The notes: a model not told the origin generated them from the letters alone. Shown: positions 23,026 to 35,586, numbered from the stretch's first letter. The stretch is DNA of 64,000 bases from Azolla caroliniana (GCA_043228905.1 JBHGNT010000001.1:19530001-19594000), one strand, 5' to 3'. Numbers and translations: made by a program.

Positions 23026-26000
23026 CTATCTTTCATCTTCATGTTGATCTATTGGAGGAGGTTCAAGCTCAAACCTTTTCTTAAATACTTTTATCCTCTT
23101 TCCAGCTACCACGTTTAGGATTAGTGTCCCATCCAATTCACTAAGCTTATAAGTAAAGTTATCATATACTTTTCTTACTATATAAGGCCCAAACCATCTT
23201 TCAGCGAACTTGCGGACGGTGCTATGTTGATTATCTAAACTGCTATCATACACGAGCACCCAATCTCCTTCTTCTATTTTCTCAGGTCGAATTCTATGAC
23301 TTTTATCAAAACGGATTTTATTCTTTAGTCGAGCCTCCTTCAATCGTTGGGCTGCTATTTCTATATCTTCAGGTCGACGCTCTAATTGTTGAATTCGCAA
23401 AGCAAGCAATTCTTCTCTGCTCACCTCTTCTCTCCATGGAATAGATATCCATGACATAATTGATTCTTCTATCGGCATGATGGGCTTTTGGCCAAGTATC
23501 AATTCAGCTGGCATGTATCCTGTTACTGAACTATGAGTTGTTCGATCCGCCCATAGTGCATAAGGTAGCATGCGTGGCCAATCGCTTATTTTACCTTTAC
23601 AGCTTTTCACTATCGCCTTAACTATTGGGCTATGTCCTCTTTCAATCTTTCCATTGGCTTCTGGATTATACGCAGTTGTAAGTGATAATTTGACCCCTAT
23701 TCGGTTGAAGAATTCTCTAGCTTCATCAGAGTCGAGTTCTCCTCTATCTGCAATTATTTTACCAACACACCCGTAACGACATATTACATCTTCTAACAAA
23801 AATTTACATACAGCTCTAGTTGTTTTTTGTCGTAGTGGTCTTCCTTCTACTTGGTTTGTAAGGTCTTCTCTTGCTAGTACTAAATATCGCATTTGACCTT
23901 CCCCAAGTGGCATTGTCACTAGATCGACCATCCATTTATAATGCATTGATGATGAATATGTTGGTTTTAGCTCATCTCGATACCGAATAGTTGAATACCT
24001 CTGGCAAACCTCACAGGTTTCCACAAATTTCGTTACATCTTTGTACATATGTGGCCACCAATACTTTTCTTTCAACTTCATAAATGTCGCCCATATGCCT
24101 CTATGTCCTGCCCACAAACTATCATGGAATTCATTAATTAATTTTCTCTTAATGTCATCCTTACAAATGACTCGAAGAGGATTTTCGGTTGGCCTTTTTG
24201 GACGCCTCCATAAATGCCCTTCATGTAAAAAAAACTTGAATGCTCGTCTTCGAAATTCATTTAATTGTTTCTTCGACCATGATGGGTTGGCTTCTTGAGT
24301 CTTTAGAAAATTTCCTATTTCTAACCATTGACCTTCATACTCCACATCTTTGAACATTATACTTACATTAAACTCATCATGAGGCGTAATAGATTCTTGA
24401 TGAGCAAATTGATGGCTTGTAGTTGCCCAATTCTTATCTTCAGTTTGCATCACCTTTTCATTTATGAACCTTGCCCTTGACAGCATATCTGCAACTGGGT
24501 TGTCTTTTCCCTTTATATGCCGCAATTCTAGGTTCATGGTTCTGATGTATGCAATCCACCGAAGCATTGCAATATCTGGTGTCGTGCAACTTGCTATCAT
24601 TCCAATGAGTGGCAAACAATCTGTTTCAACCACGACATCTGCTCCAATCAAGTAATCTCTATCTGTTTTTAATGCAGTAAGCAAACCCCACAATTCTCGT
24701 TTAACTTGTGCATAGTTTCTTTGTCTTTCATTTAATATCTTTGCTCCAAATCTGATAGCATATCGATGTTGGTCTTCATCTTCTTGGTTGATAACCCAAC
24801 CGATCCCGATTGGGCTAGTATCAACTGTTACTATAATTGGTCGTTCACCTTTGTAGTCTGGTTGACGAAGAACTGGTGCTTTCAATAATGCTTCTTTCAG
24901 CTGTTGAACAACTTGTGTATGTTCATCAGTCCAAATAAACTCCTTTCCTTTTCTTAAAAGTTGGTAGAGAGGATCTGAGACATGTGCAAAGTGTGGTAAC
25001 CAAATATGATAAAACACACAAGCACCCAAAAATCTTCTCACCTCTGTTACCGAGTCGCAAACTTCCTTCATATTTTGTATTGCGTTAATTTTGATCGGTG
25101 AAGGCTTCCTCCCATACCACCCACACATATGACCAACTATTAGAACTTCGTTTTGCCCAAAGCAAGACTTTGTTCCTGATAGTGTCAAATGTACCCGCTC
25201 AAGCTTATTTAAAATACTTTCACAGTCATTAATGTGGTCCATCACAAACTTTCTGCAATCATTTCCAACCATAGTCTCATCTTTCTCTCTTTCTAAGCAT
25301 CCCTTAATAGGAATATCATCTAAAAATGGCATAGTTACCTTTGGGATGTATTCATGTAGAACTTTGTTCATTGCATTCATCATATGAGCAACTGAATTCG
25401 TCGCACCTTGAGGTAGAGTGCACATTCGAACCAACCCAATTGGTGTTTTCATTGTTGTGATGTTGCGACTATCAATTGCTAGTTGAAATTGGTCGTATCC
25501 TGAATATAGGTCTCCCATAGAGTAAATCGCTCTTCCAGCAAACGCTTCCGCAAATTCATCAACGATCGGTCCGATTCCCGCATTTCGGATTGTGACTTTG
25601 TTGACTGGTTGTAGATCTTGAATGAATCTTAGAGAACCATCTTTCTTTGGAACTGTGAACCATCTATTGGAGTATGGTGCATTTGAAGGCTCTAAAATCT
25701 TCATCTTGACTTTATCCTTCAACAACTCCAACAATTGAGGTAATCGAGCTCTCGGTACTGCAATAGGTTTAAAATTCCAAGGAATATGAGGGATAGTAAA
25801 TATTACCATTGGCGTCACCACCTTTGGATTTACACAACCAATCTCCTCAGCTTTGAATGCGAACGCTTTCCCATGCCTAAAGATCATTTCTTTGAAAGTC
25901 ACGATCTCTGATTGCAGAAGAAATTCACCCCTTCCGATTCTCAAGTTATTTATTGTCTCCGAAGTGAAGTGATGTCCGATCTTCTCTATTGGTCGAAGAA

Positions 26001-26487
26001 TAGGCTCGGTTGCTGCTGCCTCCATCTTCTCTTCACTACCAATAGGTAATGGTACTGCAGCAGGTTTGACCTTTTTATCTATTGTTTTGTATTTTGTATT
26101 ACATAAACTTTCTACTTCTTCATATTTACAATTATACCTATCAATCTCATAATACATATCAATTGAGTTTACATGTATCTTTCTAACATTCTCATCATCT
26201 TCTTTCAAATACATTTCTAACTCTTCTAAAGTATTTGCAAAAGAAATTTCTTCCATAACACTTTCAATCTGCTCTTCCATTTCAAGTACTCCATTATCCT
26301 TCAATGCCTGCTGAAACAGATTAGCATTCTTTTTCAAGTTCCTCTTGCATTCATACATCCTAGTCACACATATAGCACCACTTTCAGAAACATGAAATGA
26401 CTTATTCATATGTTGTAATGCCCTATATGAGGGTCTTTTAATAATGGGACTATTGCAACCCTCACTCGCAACAGTCCTAGTCAAAAA
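23026..26487 (-). CDS. Gypsy G pol (RT-RNase H-integrase), uninterrupted; probably entered by ribosomal frameshift
   Basis: 1176-aa ORF with DLYSGYDQF, LPQGATNSV, FLDDIPIKG, VTVDTS, HHCC (H..WAGH..C..C), DRGE..ERGH and WFGPY. No chromodomain. Confidence 0.95.
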   Translation of the reverse strand, partial: FLTRTVASEGCNSPIIKRPSYRALQHMNKSFHVSESGAICVTRMYECKRNLKKNANLFQQALKDNGVLEMEEQIESVMEEISFANTLEELEMYLKEDDENVRKIHVNSIDMYYEIDRYNCKYEEVESLCNTKYKTIDKKVKPAAVPLPIGSEEKMEAAATEPILRPIEKIGHHFTSETINNLRIGRGEFLLQSEIVTFKEMIFRHGKAFAFKAEEIGCVNPKVVTPMVIFTIPHIPWNFKPIAVPRARLPQLLELLKDKVKMKILEPSNAPYSNRWFTVPKKDGSLRFIQDLQPVNKVTIRNAGIGPIVDEFAEAFAGRAIYSMGDLYSGYDQFQLAIDSRNITTMKTPIGLVRMCTLPQGATNSVAHMMNAMNKVLHEYIPKVTMPFLDDIPIKGCLEREKDETMVGNDCRKFVMDHINDCESILNKLERVHLTLSGTKSCFGQNEVLIVGHMCGWYGRKPSPIKINAIQNMKEVCDSVTEVRRFLGACVFYHIWLPHFAHVSDPLYQLLRKGKEFIWTDEHTQVVQQLKEALLKAPVLRQPDYKGERPIIVTVDTSPIGIGWVINQEDEDQHRYAIRFGAKILNERQRNYAQVKRELWGLLTALKTDRDYLIGADVVVETDCLPLIGMIASCTTPDIAMLRWIAYIRTMNLELRHIKGKDNPVADMLSRARFINEKVMQTEDKNWATTSHQFAHQESITPHDEFNVSIMFKDVEYEGQWLEIGNFLKTQEANPSWSKKQLNEFRRRAFKFFLHEGHLWRRPKRPTENPLRVICKDDIKRKLINEFHDSLWAGHRGIWATFMKLKEKYWWPHMYKDVTKFVETCEVCQRYSTIRYRDELKPTYSSSMHYKWMVDLVTMPLGEGQMRYLVLAREDLTNQVEGRPLRQKTTRAVCKFLLEDVICRYGCVGKIIADRGELDSDEAREFFNRIGVKLSLTTAYNPEANGKIERGHSPIVKAIVKSCKGKISDWPRMLPYALWADRTTHSSVTGYMPAELILGQKPIMPIEESIMSWISIPWREEVSREELLALRIQQLERRPEDIEIAAQRLKEARLKNKIRFDKSHRIRPEKIEEGDWVLVYDSSLDNQHSTVRKFAERWFGPYIVRKVYDNFTYKLSELDGTLILNVVAGKRIKVFKKRFELEPPPIDQHEDER

Positions 26488-26490
26488 CCT
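26427..26490 (-). promoter_or_regulatory. Putative programmed ribosomal frameshift signal (slippery site plus H-type pseudoknot)
   Basis: AG_GUU_UUU, 5-nt spacer, 12-bp stem GGACUGUUGCGA/UUGCAAUAGUCC. The loop GUGAGGG is complementary to the downstream CCCUCAU. Confidence 0.75.
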
Positions 26491-28652
26491 GATTATCAAA
26501 ATCATCATAGTCTTTTGGTATTGAATGATCACGAAGCTCTTGCTTGTTCCTCTCATGATTTGGGCGAACTGTCATAAATTGTACAGTTCGTCGTCCATCT
26601 TGGCTACGGATTTTTGCATAGGCAGAACCATTGTCGAGGACTTTGGTCTCCATTCGTACCGCTGTAATGTATGGTTGCCCCAGGATTATTGGATAGGTAG
26701 ATCCTTCCTGCACAAAGAAATGTTGATCTACCTCTATATCACCAATAGTAACCTTTACATTTGGGCATGCACCAAATAAATCTTCCGTGACTGATGTGGC
26801 AGCTTTTACTCGCCAACCATGTTGAGTATCAATTGGCCATCTACCTTTCCTGTAAAAATCAGCACTCATTATATTTATTTCAGAACCATGATCAATAAGT
26901 GCCATCACGGGGTTTGGAACATTTCCAATCTTCACATGAGTCTCAGTAGTGGCTCTTGCCCAACATTTGCGAGAGTAATGGCTTCTTACATCTGTTGAAT
27001 TTATCATTGAGGTTGATGCATGTTGAGAGTCAACAACGATATTGTTTGACTCGTTGCTCACCACTTCATATGCCACCTTCGGGTTTGTCTCTTTAACCTG
27101 CTCATTTACTTGCTTCTTTCTTCGCACAATATCAATTATTTCATCATGAAATTCCTTTTTTGCAATACCTAACACTTCTCTTAGTGTAAATTCTACTCGA
27201 CTGTCTAGTATTCTTGTTTCTAAAACTTTCTTTAAATCTGTATCCTTTTCAATATCAGACATTAATTTGAATGAAGGACCAGATTTACCTTTTTCAACTT
27301 TTGCGTCCATCTCTTTTCTTTTGCTTTCTCTTGTTTCATGCTTTTTGGTTGAGCCAATCTCATCATCCGATCTTTTCCTTTTTTCTTCCACTATCACCTC
27401 ATGCTCTTGGTGTTCTGCCATCTGAGCATAGACCGTCATAGCATCTACTGGAACATCCCATCCAGTGTTTTTCCTTACAGAATCTCCGGCAACACGAAGG
27501 TCTTCCATCTTCATCTTTTGCTTTTGTGCGGTACTTACAACCTTCTCCCAGAATGATGACCGAGATGGCATGTCATCGAGGCGCATTCCTGCCGTTGCCG
27601 AGTAGTACATTGCGGAAGCCTTCTTTGCTTCAGCTTCTTCAAATTTAACCTTAACACCACCATCACCAAAGTTCTTTGTAAGTGGACTTCTAGTTTCAGT
27701 TAAATAAATGTTACCATTTTTCCAATAGACCAAGTCTCGATTTTCCATGTCTTTATATTCCGCACAATCACGTAATCGATGTTCGAGACTATCACACCAC
27801 ATGCATCGAGGTCGAAATGGTTCCCTTGACCTCGAAGTCTGACCATTCTCAAGCTTTGCCACTTTAATTGTTAGATCTTTCATACTTTGAACTAAATCAT
27901 CAAGCAAAGACTCACTCTTAGTTTCGATCATTTCTCGTGGTTGATGGACCATTTCGTGTGATGGTTCTCGACCAAGTCTTTGAACTTCGATGTTTTGCTC
28001 AAGCCGATTTGTAATTCCCACATGTGGTATTTGTAGCATTGCACCATACCTTTGCATTCTTTTCATAAATTTATTACAAGCATTTGTTACCTCATTCCAA
28101 TCTGCAGTTATACCATCCTCAGTATTTGGTACTTCAAGCATGAATTCCAATTCTTTTCTATATCTCTTGTTAACTGCCTGCAAAAATAAAGCAACCTTTT
28201 GCCAAGACAAAGAATTTCTTTCTTCTGGCTTTAAGTGTCCATACATCCTATCAAACTCTTTTTTTTGTGTCAGCCACAGATAACCCTTTATCTTCTTTTA
28301 AGATCCATTCATGAAATGAACGCATAGTAACTCGAGAGAAATCCTCACGAGCATATTCAGACACAAGTGCTTCTTTGAATGCATTCCAATCCAAACTATG
28401 CAATGCTTGTATTTCATGAATTCTATCTCTTAATTCCATGTCCACTAATTTATAAAAGTTTGCTATCATATTGACATCATTTATACCAGACATTTCCATT
28501 TCATCATAATATATATTCACATACTTCGAAATATTTGTGCCATCAAACATACCAATCTTCTCTCGGACTTCTCGTAAGGCATGAAATAATCGATCTTGAT
28601 TCAACTTTTCAATAAACAACATTACCGGATCCATTGTACTCGTACTTGCCAT
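26477..28652 (-). CDS. Gypsy G gag-protease (one extra base in the A8 run at 28259-28266)
   Basis: ORFs 28251-28652 and 26477-28246 fuse if one A is removed (TKKEFDRMYG). Zinc knuckle CMWCDSLEHRLRDC, protease ALIDHGSEINIM and ILGQPY. Confidence 0.88.
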
Positions 28653-28696
28653 GTTGATGTTGATCTTTACTTTAGATGTCTCTTCTACTTCCCCGT

Positions 28697-28714
28697 TTCA
28701 CGTCGGGTTCACCA
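28697..28714 (-). promoter_or_regulatory. PBS complementary to tRNA-Trp
   Basis: The plus strand TTCACGTCGGGTTCACCA equals the last 18 nt of plant cytosolic tRNA-Trp including CCA (recalled). It lies 5 nt from the LTR. Confidence 0.88.
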
Positions 28715-28719
28715 AATTG

Positions 28720-29820
28720 TGTCGTGGCGTGGCTCGCCTAGAAGCGTAGCGTTGCGTAGACAAAGGATAACGTGAAAGTGAGGAAGGAATCACTGGGATT
28801 ATGGACGGAAGAGACGAAAGAGTAGAGATAGATAAATAGTGATCAACAAGATATGACAAGATAGGATATAGAATGATATTTGAAGCAATAAAAGAGATTT
28901 ATAATTATTTGATAAAAGAGTTACAAAATGATTGTACACGTCGTTGAACCTCCGAACTTTGTCTTGCAAGGTAATCGCTCTTCTCTTTCTTGATCGTAGA
29001 CCACTACAATCTTCAATTCAATATTTTGATGAAGATAAGGCTCGAACCACCTCCCTCTTGTTGAGAGTTGACCACCACGACCGCCAAGCTAGAGCTCCAC
29101 CTTTATGTTGAACTTCTTCCTTTCTCTCTCTATTTCATGGTATCTCTTATGTAATAAATATTTGATTGATATCTCATACATATCTCCCTTTGATCTTCTC
29201 TTTCACCATTTAAATAGGTGCCCCCATGCATATGATGCATTGGAGGGTACAAGTCATGCATGTAGTGCATGAAATGCATGTGATGCATGATCGCCATTTG
29301 GCGTTCATGCATTACATGTGATGCATGATAAACATCTCGCTCATTTGAGCTTTTATGTATGAAACAATATATGCAATAACAATAAACATGAAAATATAAT
29401 CTTAAAGAGAAAGGGCCTAGCCTAATGGTAGGTGTGTTGACTTTGGTATATGAGGTTGTGGGTTCAAATCTCAAAATACTATTGAATACAACATACAACT
29501 TTATTCTTATATCATGAAGCAAATCCTTTATGTAATATAAAGTATATATGAAGTATGCTTTATTTTATGTATATTACTAGTATAGAGTAAATGGTAAGAT
29601 TTGAGAGTCATAGGGTGGGGTTATTGGTTCAAGTCCTCTCTTATTCGTGTAATATAATATATTTATCTATATATATATATTATTTTTCTTTGCATATATA
29701 TAATATTATCATATGTGTTGTTAATATTATCTTTATATATAAAACATTATCAAATGTTATTTTAGTTACGTATTTATCTTATTGTAGACTTTTAATGTGA
29801 AGCTTTCGTACTTCACGACA
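28720..29820 (-). repeat. 5' LTR of Gypsy G
   Basis: Adjacent to the PBS and near-identical to 21885-22985. Confidence 0.98.
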
Positions 29821-30752
29821 GCGGATACCGACAACACCCGCGGAGGAACCAACGGACCGGACACCGGCAACACCCGCGGAGGAACCAAAGGTTCTCACAC
29901 CAACGCCAACAACGGACAGAGAGCGGAGGGAACAGGAGAGTCAGTTGGACGACACGATGCCGTACCCATACCCAAAGTACCGGGATGAGGCCGACGCGGA
30001 GGCACACGTGTACGCATTCCTCCAAACATGGGAAGCCAACCATGTCTCCCAAAGACTAATGGAGCCCGAAGCCGAACGATCCAAAATCGCCGAATTCGGC
30101 ATAACCTTAGAAGGACCGGCGGCCCAATGGCACGCAAAGCACTTACCAGGCACCTTTGCCACATTCGATGCCTTGAAGGCCAGATTCCTCAGGTTTTTTC
30201 ACAGACAATTTGAGCAAAGGGAATTGGTCGGGCAGTTCTACACCACCCGGCAGGAAGAGAACGAGACTATGCCACAATTCATCATTCGGTTCCAGACCCT
30301 GCACAGCCAACTGACAAGAGCACCACCCGAAGACGAAGCCAAAGCAGTCTTTCTGGCCGCACTGAAAGAGCCACTTCGAACAATGTGCGGAGTCCTTGAT
30401 TTCCAAACCAGCACAATGGACCAAGTTATTGATCGGGTTTTAGAAATGGACAAGACTAGCCCCTTCTTGTCGATGGGGATGTTACACCGGGCACTCCCAA
30501 AGGAGGAAGACCTGAGGTTCCGACAGGCCTTACAATGCACAACATGCCTAAATTCGGGGCACTCAACAGTGGACTGCACCCTGCGGACACAATGTGTGAT
30601 CTGCAACTCTCGAGCCCATACAACGGACCGATGCGAATATAACCTGTTAAATCGGCAGGCAGCACCGGTTCGACACATAGAACCGCGCAATCAGAACCCG
30701 GACGAGGATCGATTCCGGAGAGACGACCGCTACCAACGCGAACGCGGTAACA

Positions 30753-30987
30753 GATACGCTATGACCGAGAGGAGAGACGCAGAGATAGCTACCCCTGGGA
30801 CCGGTACGACAGAGACGAATCCCCGGAACACGACCGACGCAGAGAAGAGAGGCGACAAGGATACGCTGATACAAGACGCGACAACTATGACCGAGAGGAG
30901 AGACGCAAAGATAGCTACCCCCGGGACCGGTACGACCGAAACGAAGCCCCGGAATACGACCGACGCAGAGAAGAGAGGCGACAAGGG
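30753..30987 (+). repeat. Two ~125-bp tandem units in F gag (R/D/E-rich)
   Basis: CTATGACCGAGAGGAGAGACGCA...GAGGCGACAAGG occurs twice. Confidence 0.9.
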
Positions 30988-33520
30988 AACCGAAATTTCC
31001 GACGGAATCAGAAGCGTGGATTTTTCCGAAGAGAGGAACGTCGGGAGGCAGCAAGGAATGACAACCCAGTATCGGTACCGGATAACCGAAAAACTGAAGA
31101 CGACCGCCGGAGCATACCCAACCTCCAAACCGGGGACAAAGCAGAAACGAGCAACAGTCACAAGGTGTACTGTTATTACTGCCGCAAGGAAGGCCACTAT
31201 AGTAACCAATGCCCAAGCAAAAGCTATGACAAGCAGCCGAAAGTCAACATGGTTACAGCCGAAATAACAGAGGTACAGCAGGTCACAACCCGGTCAAAGG
31301 GAAAGACCGCCGAGTGGGAAGCCCAGGAGGCAATCAGAAAACAAGCGACACAATGGATCAAGGAGGCCAATGAACAGAATGCGGCAGAAGTAAGAGACCA
31401 AAATATGCCAAAAGACGAAGAAATCATACAGCCAGGAGAAAACCCGACGTGGCAAGTGCTACAGGACTGTCAAATCGTGCTGCCGTTAGCACGACTACTA
31501 CAGTTAGTGCCACGATTTACGGCAGACCTACATGCATCCGTCAGCAAACCGAAGCCGACGCCAGCACCAGCATTCTTCTCAAACCCGGAGGAAGGACCAA
31601 CGGTGGTCGATACAAGTAGCCCGGCGATCACGGCAATCGTGAAAGGAAAGGAAATTGCTGGAACGATTATTGACGGAGGCTCCGGGGTAAATGTCATCAG
31701 CCAACAGACATGCAACGACCTGGGCATCCGGGAATGGGAACCATGCCCCTTCTGGTTACGCATGGCGGATACTAGCTCAGTCCGACCGACCGGGCTTATC
31801 CGGGACTTGGAAATAACGATCGGAGGCCACGTATTCCGGATATCGGCCGTGGTGCTGCAGCTGAATGTACAAGGCGCGTACCCTCTACTGCTAGGACGAC
31901 CATGGCTGCGAACGACGCATATCAAGCAGAACTGGCAAAAGAACATGATCACATTCCGGCGAGGGAAAACAAAGGTACGAGTAACGACGCAACCACGGGT
32001 GATCACCAGTAAGGAAGCAACTCCATTGTATGCGGAAAGCATTAACATGTTGGAGGGATTACCAGGCGAGGAAGTCGAGCGGTACCTCGAGGAACACCCA
32101 CAAATCGTCCCACTATTTGAGGTGGATATCACGGCGGCAGTAGAACCGTACATTACGACGCCGGAAGAACCGGACCAAGCGGCGATCCGGGAACTACGAC
32201 AAGCGCAGGAATCCCTAGAGAGGGAAATGACGATATCCCAGAGGGTAAAAGCATCCCAACTCGAGGAGGTGGACCTCGGCACAGCAGACAAGCCCCGACC
32301 GGTAAATGTTGCAAAGGAATTGCCGAAGGAAGAAAAGAAGGCAATGGTAGCATTGTTAACAGACTTCAAGGATGTGTTCGCGTGGTCGTACGAAGACATG
32401 CGAGGGCTGGACCCCCAGCTCTATCAGCACCAAATTCACCTAAGTACGGACGCGAAACCGATTGCTCAATGCAGGTACCGGATGAATCCGAATTATGCGG
32501 CAAAGGTGAAGGAGGAAATTGATAAGCTCCTCCGGGTCGGATTTATCCGACCGGTCAAGCAGGCAACCTGGCTAAGTCCGATAGTGGTGGTCCCGAAAAA
32601 GAACGGCAAAATCCGGGTATGCGTGGACTACCGAAAACTAAATGCCGCAACAGTGACCGATGCGTTTCCACTACCATTTACGGATGGGGTGTTAGATGCG
32701 GTAGCCGGGCACGAAGTTTACAGCTTCCTGGATGGATTTAGCGGCTACAACCAAATACGAATGAACCCGGCCGACCAAGAGAAGACAACGTTCGTGACGG
32801 AATGGGGAGTGTTCGTCGCGGTCGTGATGATGCTCGGACTAAAGACGGCTCCAGCGACCTTCAAAAGGATAATAATGGAAATTTTCGGGGAATATATCCC
32901 CAGTTTTATGCAGGTCTTCCTTGACGATTTCGCGGTCTACAGCCGGCACGGAGAGCATCTCGATCACCTCCGGCTGTGCTTGGAGAAGTGCCGCGAGTAC
33001 CGATTGAGCCTGAATCCGGCCAAATGCGTCTTTGGAGTGGCAAGCGGCAACTTGCTAGGGCACGTGGTGAGTAAGGAAGGAATCGCGGTAGATCCGGATA
33101 AAGTCAAGGCGATTCTCGATGCACCAGCACCAAGTAACGCAAAGGCTTTAAGTCGGTTCCTGGGCCAAATAAGGTGGCATAGCCGGATGATACGGCACCT
33201 CGCGGACTTCGCTACACCGTTACATACCGCCGTACATAGGGTACCCTTCCTATGGGCAGAGACGGAGGAGGAATCCTACAAAGCGTTGAAGGTTATGCTG
33301 TCGCAAGCTCCGGTGGTGCAACCGCCGGATTGGAGTAAAAGCTTTCACGTCTTCGTCGACGCGTCGGACGTAGCAATCAGCAGCGTTCTGATGCAACTCA
33401 CAGAGCCGAAATGGTACCGACCGGTGTACTACGCAAGCCGGAAACTCTCAAAAGCCGAACGGAATTACTCTACGACGGAACGCGAGGCATTGGGAATGGT
33501 GTATAGTGTCACAAAGTACA

Positions 33521-33619
33521 GGCACTATCTGCTCGGAAGGAAGTTTTCCTTCCATGTCGACCATTCGGCACTATTTGCTCGGAAGGAAGTTTTCCTTCCA
33601 TGTCGACCATTCGGCACTA
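33521..33619 (+). repeat. 46-bp tandem duplication frameshifting the F RNase H
   Basis: GGCACTA occurs at 33521, 33567 and 33613. Confidence 0.93.
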
Positions 33620-35304
33620 CTCTACCTGGTCTCGAAGGCATCCCTGACGGGAAAAATTGCACGGTGGACACTGCTACTATAGGAATTTGAATTCGACATT
33701 TTCCACCGACCCGGGGCGCAGCATGCGGTAGCGAACTATCTAAGCAGACTCGAATCCGGAGAAGCAGGGGACGGCGTCCAGGATGAGTTTCCCGACGCCG
33801 AATTGTTCCGGATCACGACGAAACCGGCAACGGATACAACGGTAGCCGATGAAGACACATGGCTAACTAAGATGCACCAGTTCCTGAGCACCGGAGTTCC
33901 CCCGGAGAACATGGACCGCGATGAAAGGAAAAGGGTAACAGTAAGAAGTAGACATTTCTGCTTGGTTGGAGACACCCTCTATCACAAGGGGGCAGATGGC
34001 ATCTGGAGACGAGCAGTGCGGAGCGATGAGAAGGATCTAATCCTCAGGGAAGCCCACTGTGGAATTGCCGGCGACGCAACCACTCGGAAAATATGGCAGA
34101 GCGGACTGTGGTGGCCGACCACCCTAAAAGATGCCGTGAAGTATAGCAGAGAATGCGATTTGTGTCAACGACTGGGCCAACCCACAGAGCAGGCCCGGAT
34201 GCCACACCACCCGGTCTTGCCCTTAGAGCCGTTTCAAAAGTGGGGGTTGGACTTTGTCGGTCCCTTCAAACCACCGGCAATGCGAACCGGAAATCGGTAT
34301 GTCATAGTGGCGACCGACTATTGCACCAAATGGGTAGAAGCAAAGGCCTTACGGGACAACACGGCCGCATCCACGGCAAAGTTTCTGTACGAATGCATAT
34401 GGTGCCGGTATGGATGCCCGATCGAGCTTATAAGTGACCAAGGAGGACATTTTCTCGGGCAGGTAGTAGAAAGCCTGACGTCATTTTACGCGGTGGTACA
34501 TAAAAAGAGTACACCCTACTACCCTCAAGCTAATGGACTAGCGGAATCAACGAACAAAACTCTGCAGAACATCCTACGAAAAATCGTCAACGAGAACCGG
34601 ACCGACTGGGATACGAAATTGCAAAGCGCGCTATGGGCGTACCGAACAACGTACAAAACCAGCATCCGGACAACCCCGTTCCGACTAGCATTCGGGTTAG
34701 AAGCGGTCATGCCGGTAGAGTTCCAGATCCCCAGCTTACGGATTCAGGTGAAGGAGCGCTTAAGTGAGAACGAGTCCGAACGAATCCGGCTGGCAACGCT
34801 GTTGGAATTAGAGGAAAACCGAATAGCCAGCTTACTACAACTCGAACTGGAGCAAAGGAGGAGAAAAGCCTTCGTGGACCGACACCGGTGTGGCAATGAA
34901 AAGGAGTTCGAAGTCAGGAAACCGGTGCTACTATTCCAGACAAGGATGGGGAACATGCCGGGAAAGTTGCGGTTTCGATGGACCGGACCGTTCTGGATCA
35001 CCAAGGAGTACAATGGGTCGTATCAGCTCGGCACGTTGTCTGGAGATGTCATCGGCAAGTGGGCAAATGGATTTCGGCTAAAGCCGTATAAAGGAAATAT
35101 GCCAGCCAACCCGTTCAAGCGAAACCCGGAAATCCGGCAAGATGAGGAACCGACACCGACAGACGCTGCTGAAGATATTCGGACCGAGGAAGAACCGACA
35201 CCGATACTGACGAAGACTATCCCGGAAAACCAACAGAAGGATCCGGTATCCACACGAACCGACCCGAACAAATCGGGGGGGACCAGCAAATGACATGGTC
35301 CAAG

Positions 35305-35410
35305 CAAAAGGAAAAAGGAAAAAGGAAAAAGGAAAAAAAATAAAAAATAAAAAATAAATAAAAATAAAAAATAAAAATAAAAATAAAAATAAAAATAAAA
35401 ATAATAAAAA
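35305..35410 (+). repeat. A-rich (AAAAAT)n spacer between pol and the extra ORF
   Basis: Low-complexity tract seen directly. Confidence 0.9.
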
Positions 35411-35586
35411 ATGACGTGGGCAAAATCGACGCGAATCATCGTAATGATGGGGAGATCACAAGAGGTGGGAGCGCCACCATGCAACGAAGAGGCGCCATGC
35501 ATTAAAGAAGGACGTGCGCGGACTTGCTATTTAAAGCATGGAACGTGGGCACTCACACGCGGCAAACAAGAAAGGACATACTAATT

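Larger units (their letters stand above)
21885..29820 (-). mobile_element. Ty3/Gypsy G, very young and nearly intact, with a pol resembling fungal Ylt1-type elements
   Basis: LTRs 21885-22985 and 28720-29820, both 1101 bp, TGTCGTG...CACGACA, about 3 differences. TSD GCGG. PPT at 22986-22999. PBS at 28697-28714. Confidence 0.98.
29825..35293 (+). pseudogene. Gypsy F gag-pol (frameshifts near 30750 and 33570, stop near 33680)
   Basis: Gag core, CCHC knuckles, PR, RT, RH and INT are spread over ORFs 29945-31267, 31165-33690 and 33803-35293. Confidence 0.95.

Noticed and set aside
28259-28266. Programmed frameshift within G gag
   Set aside because: One extra A in a homopolymer explains it and no stimulator is evident. 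It is most likely a mutation or sequencing error.
31470-32399. Long antisense ORFs in F (also 21356-22024, 35964-36515, 38227-38721)
   Set aside because: They are shadow ORFs of the GC-rich sense frames and show no independent motifs.
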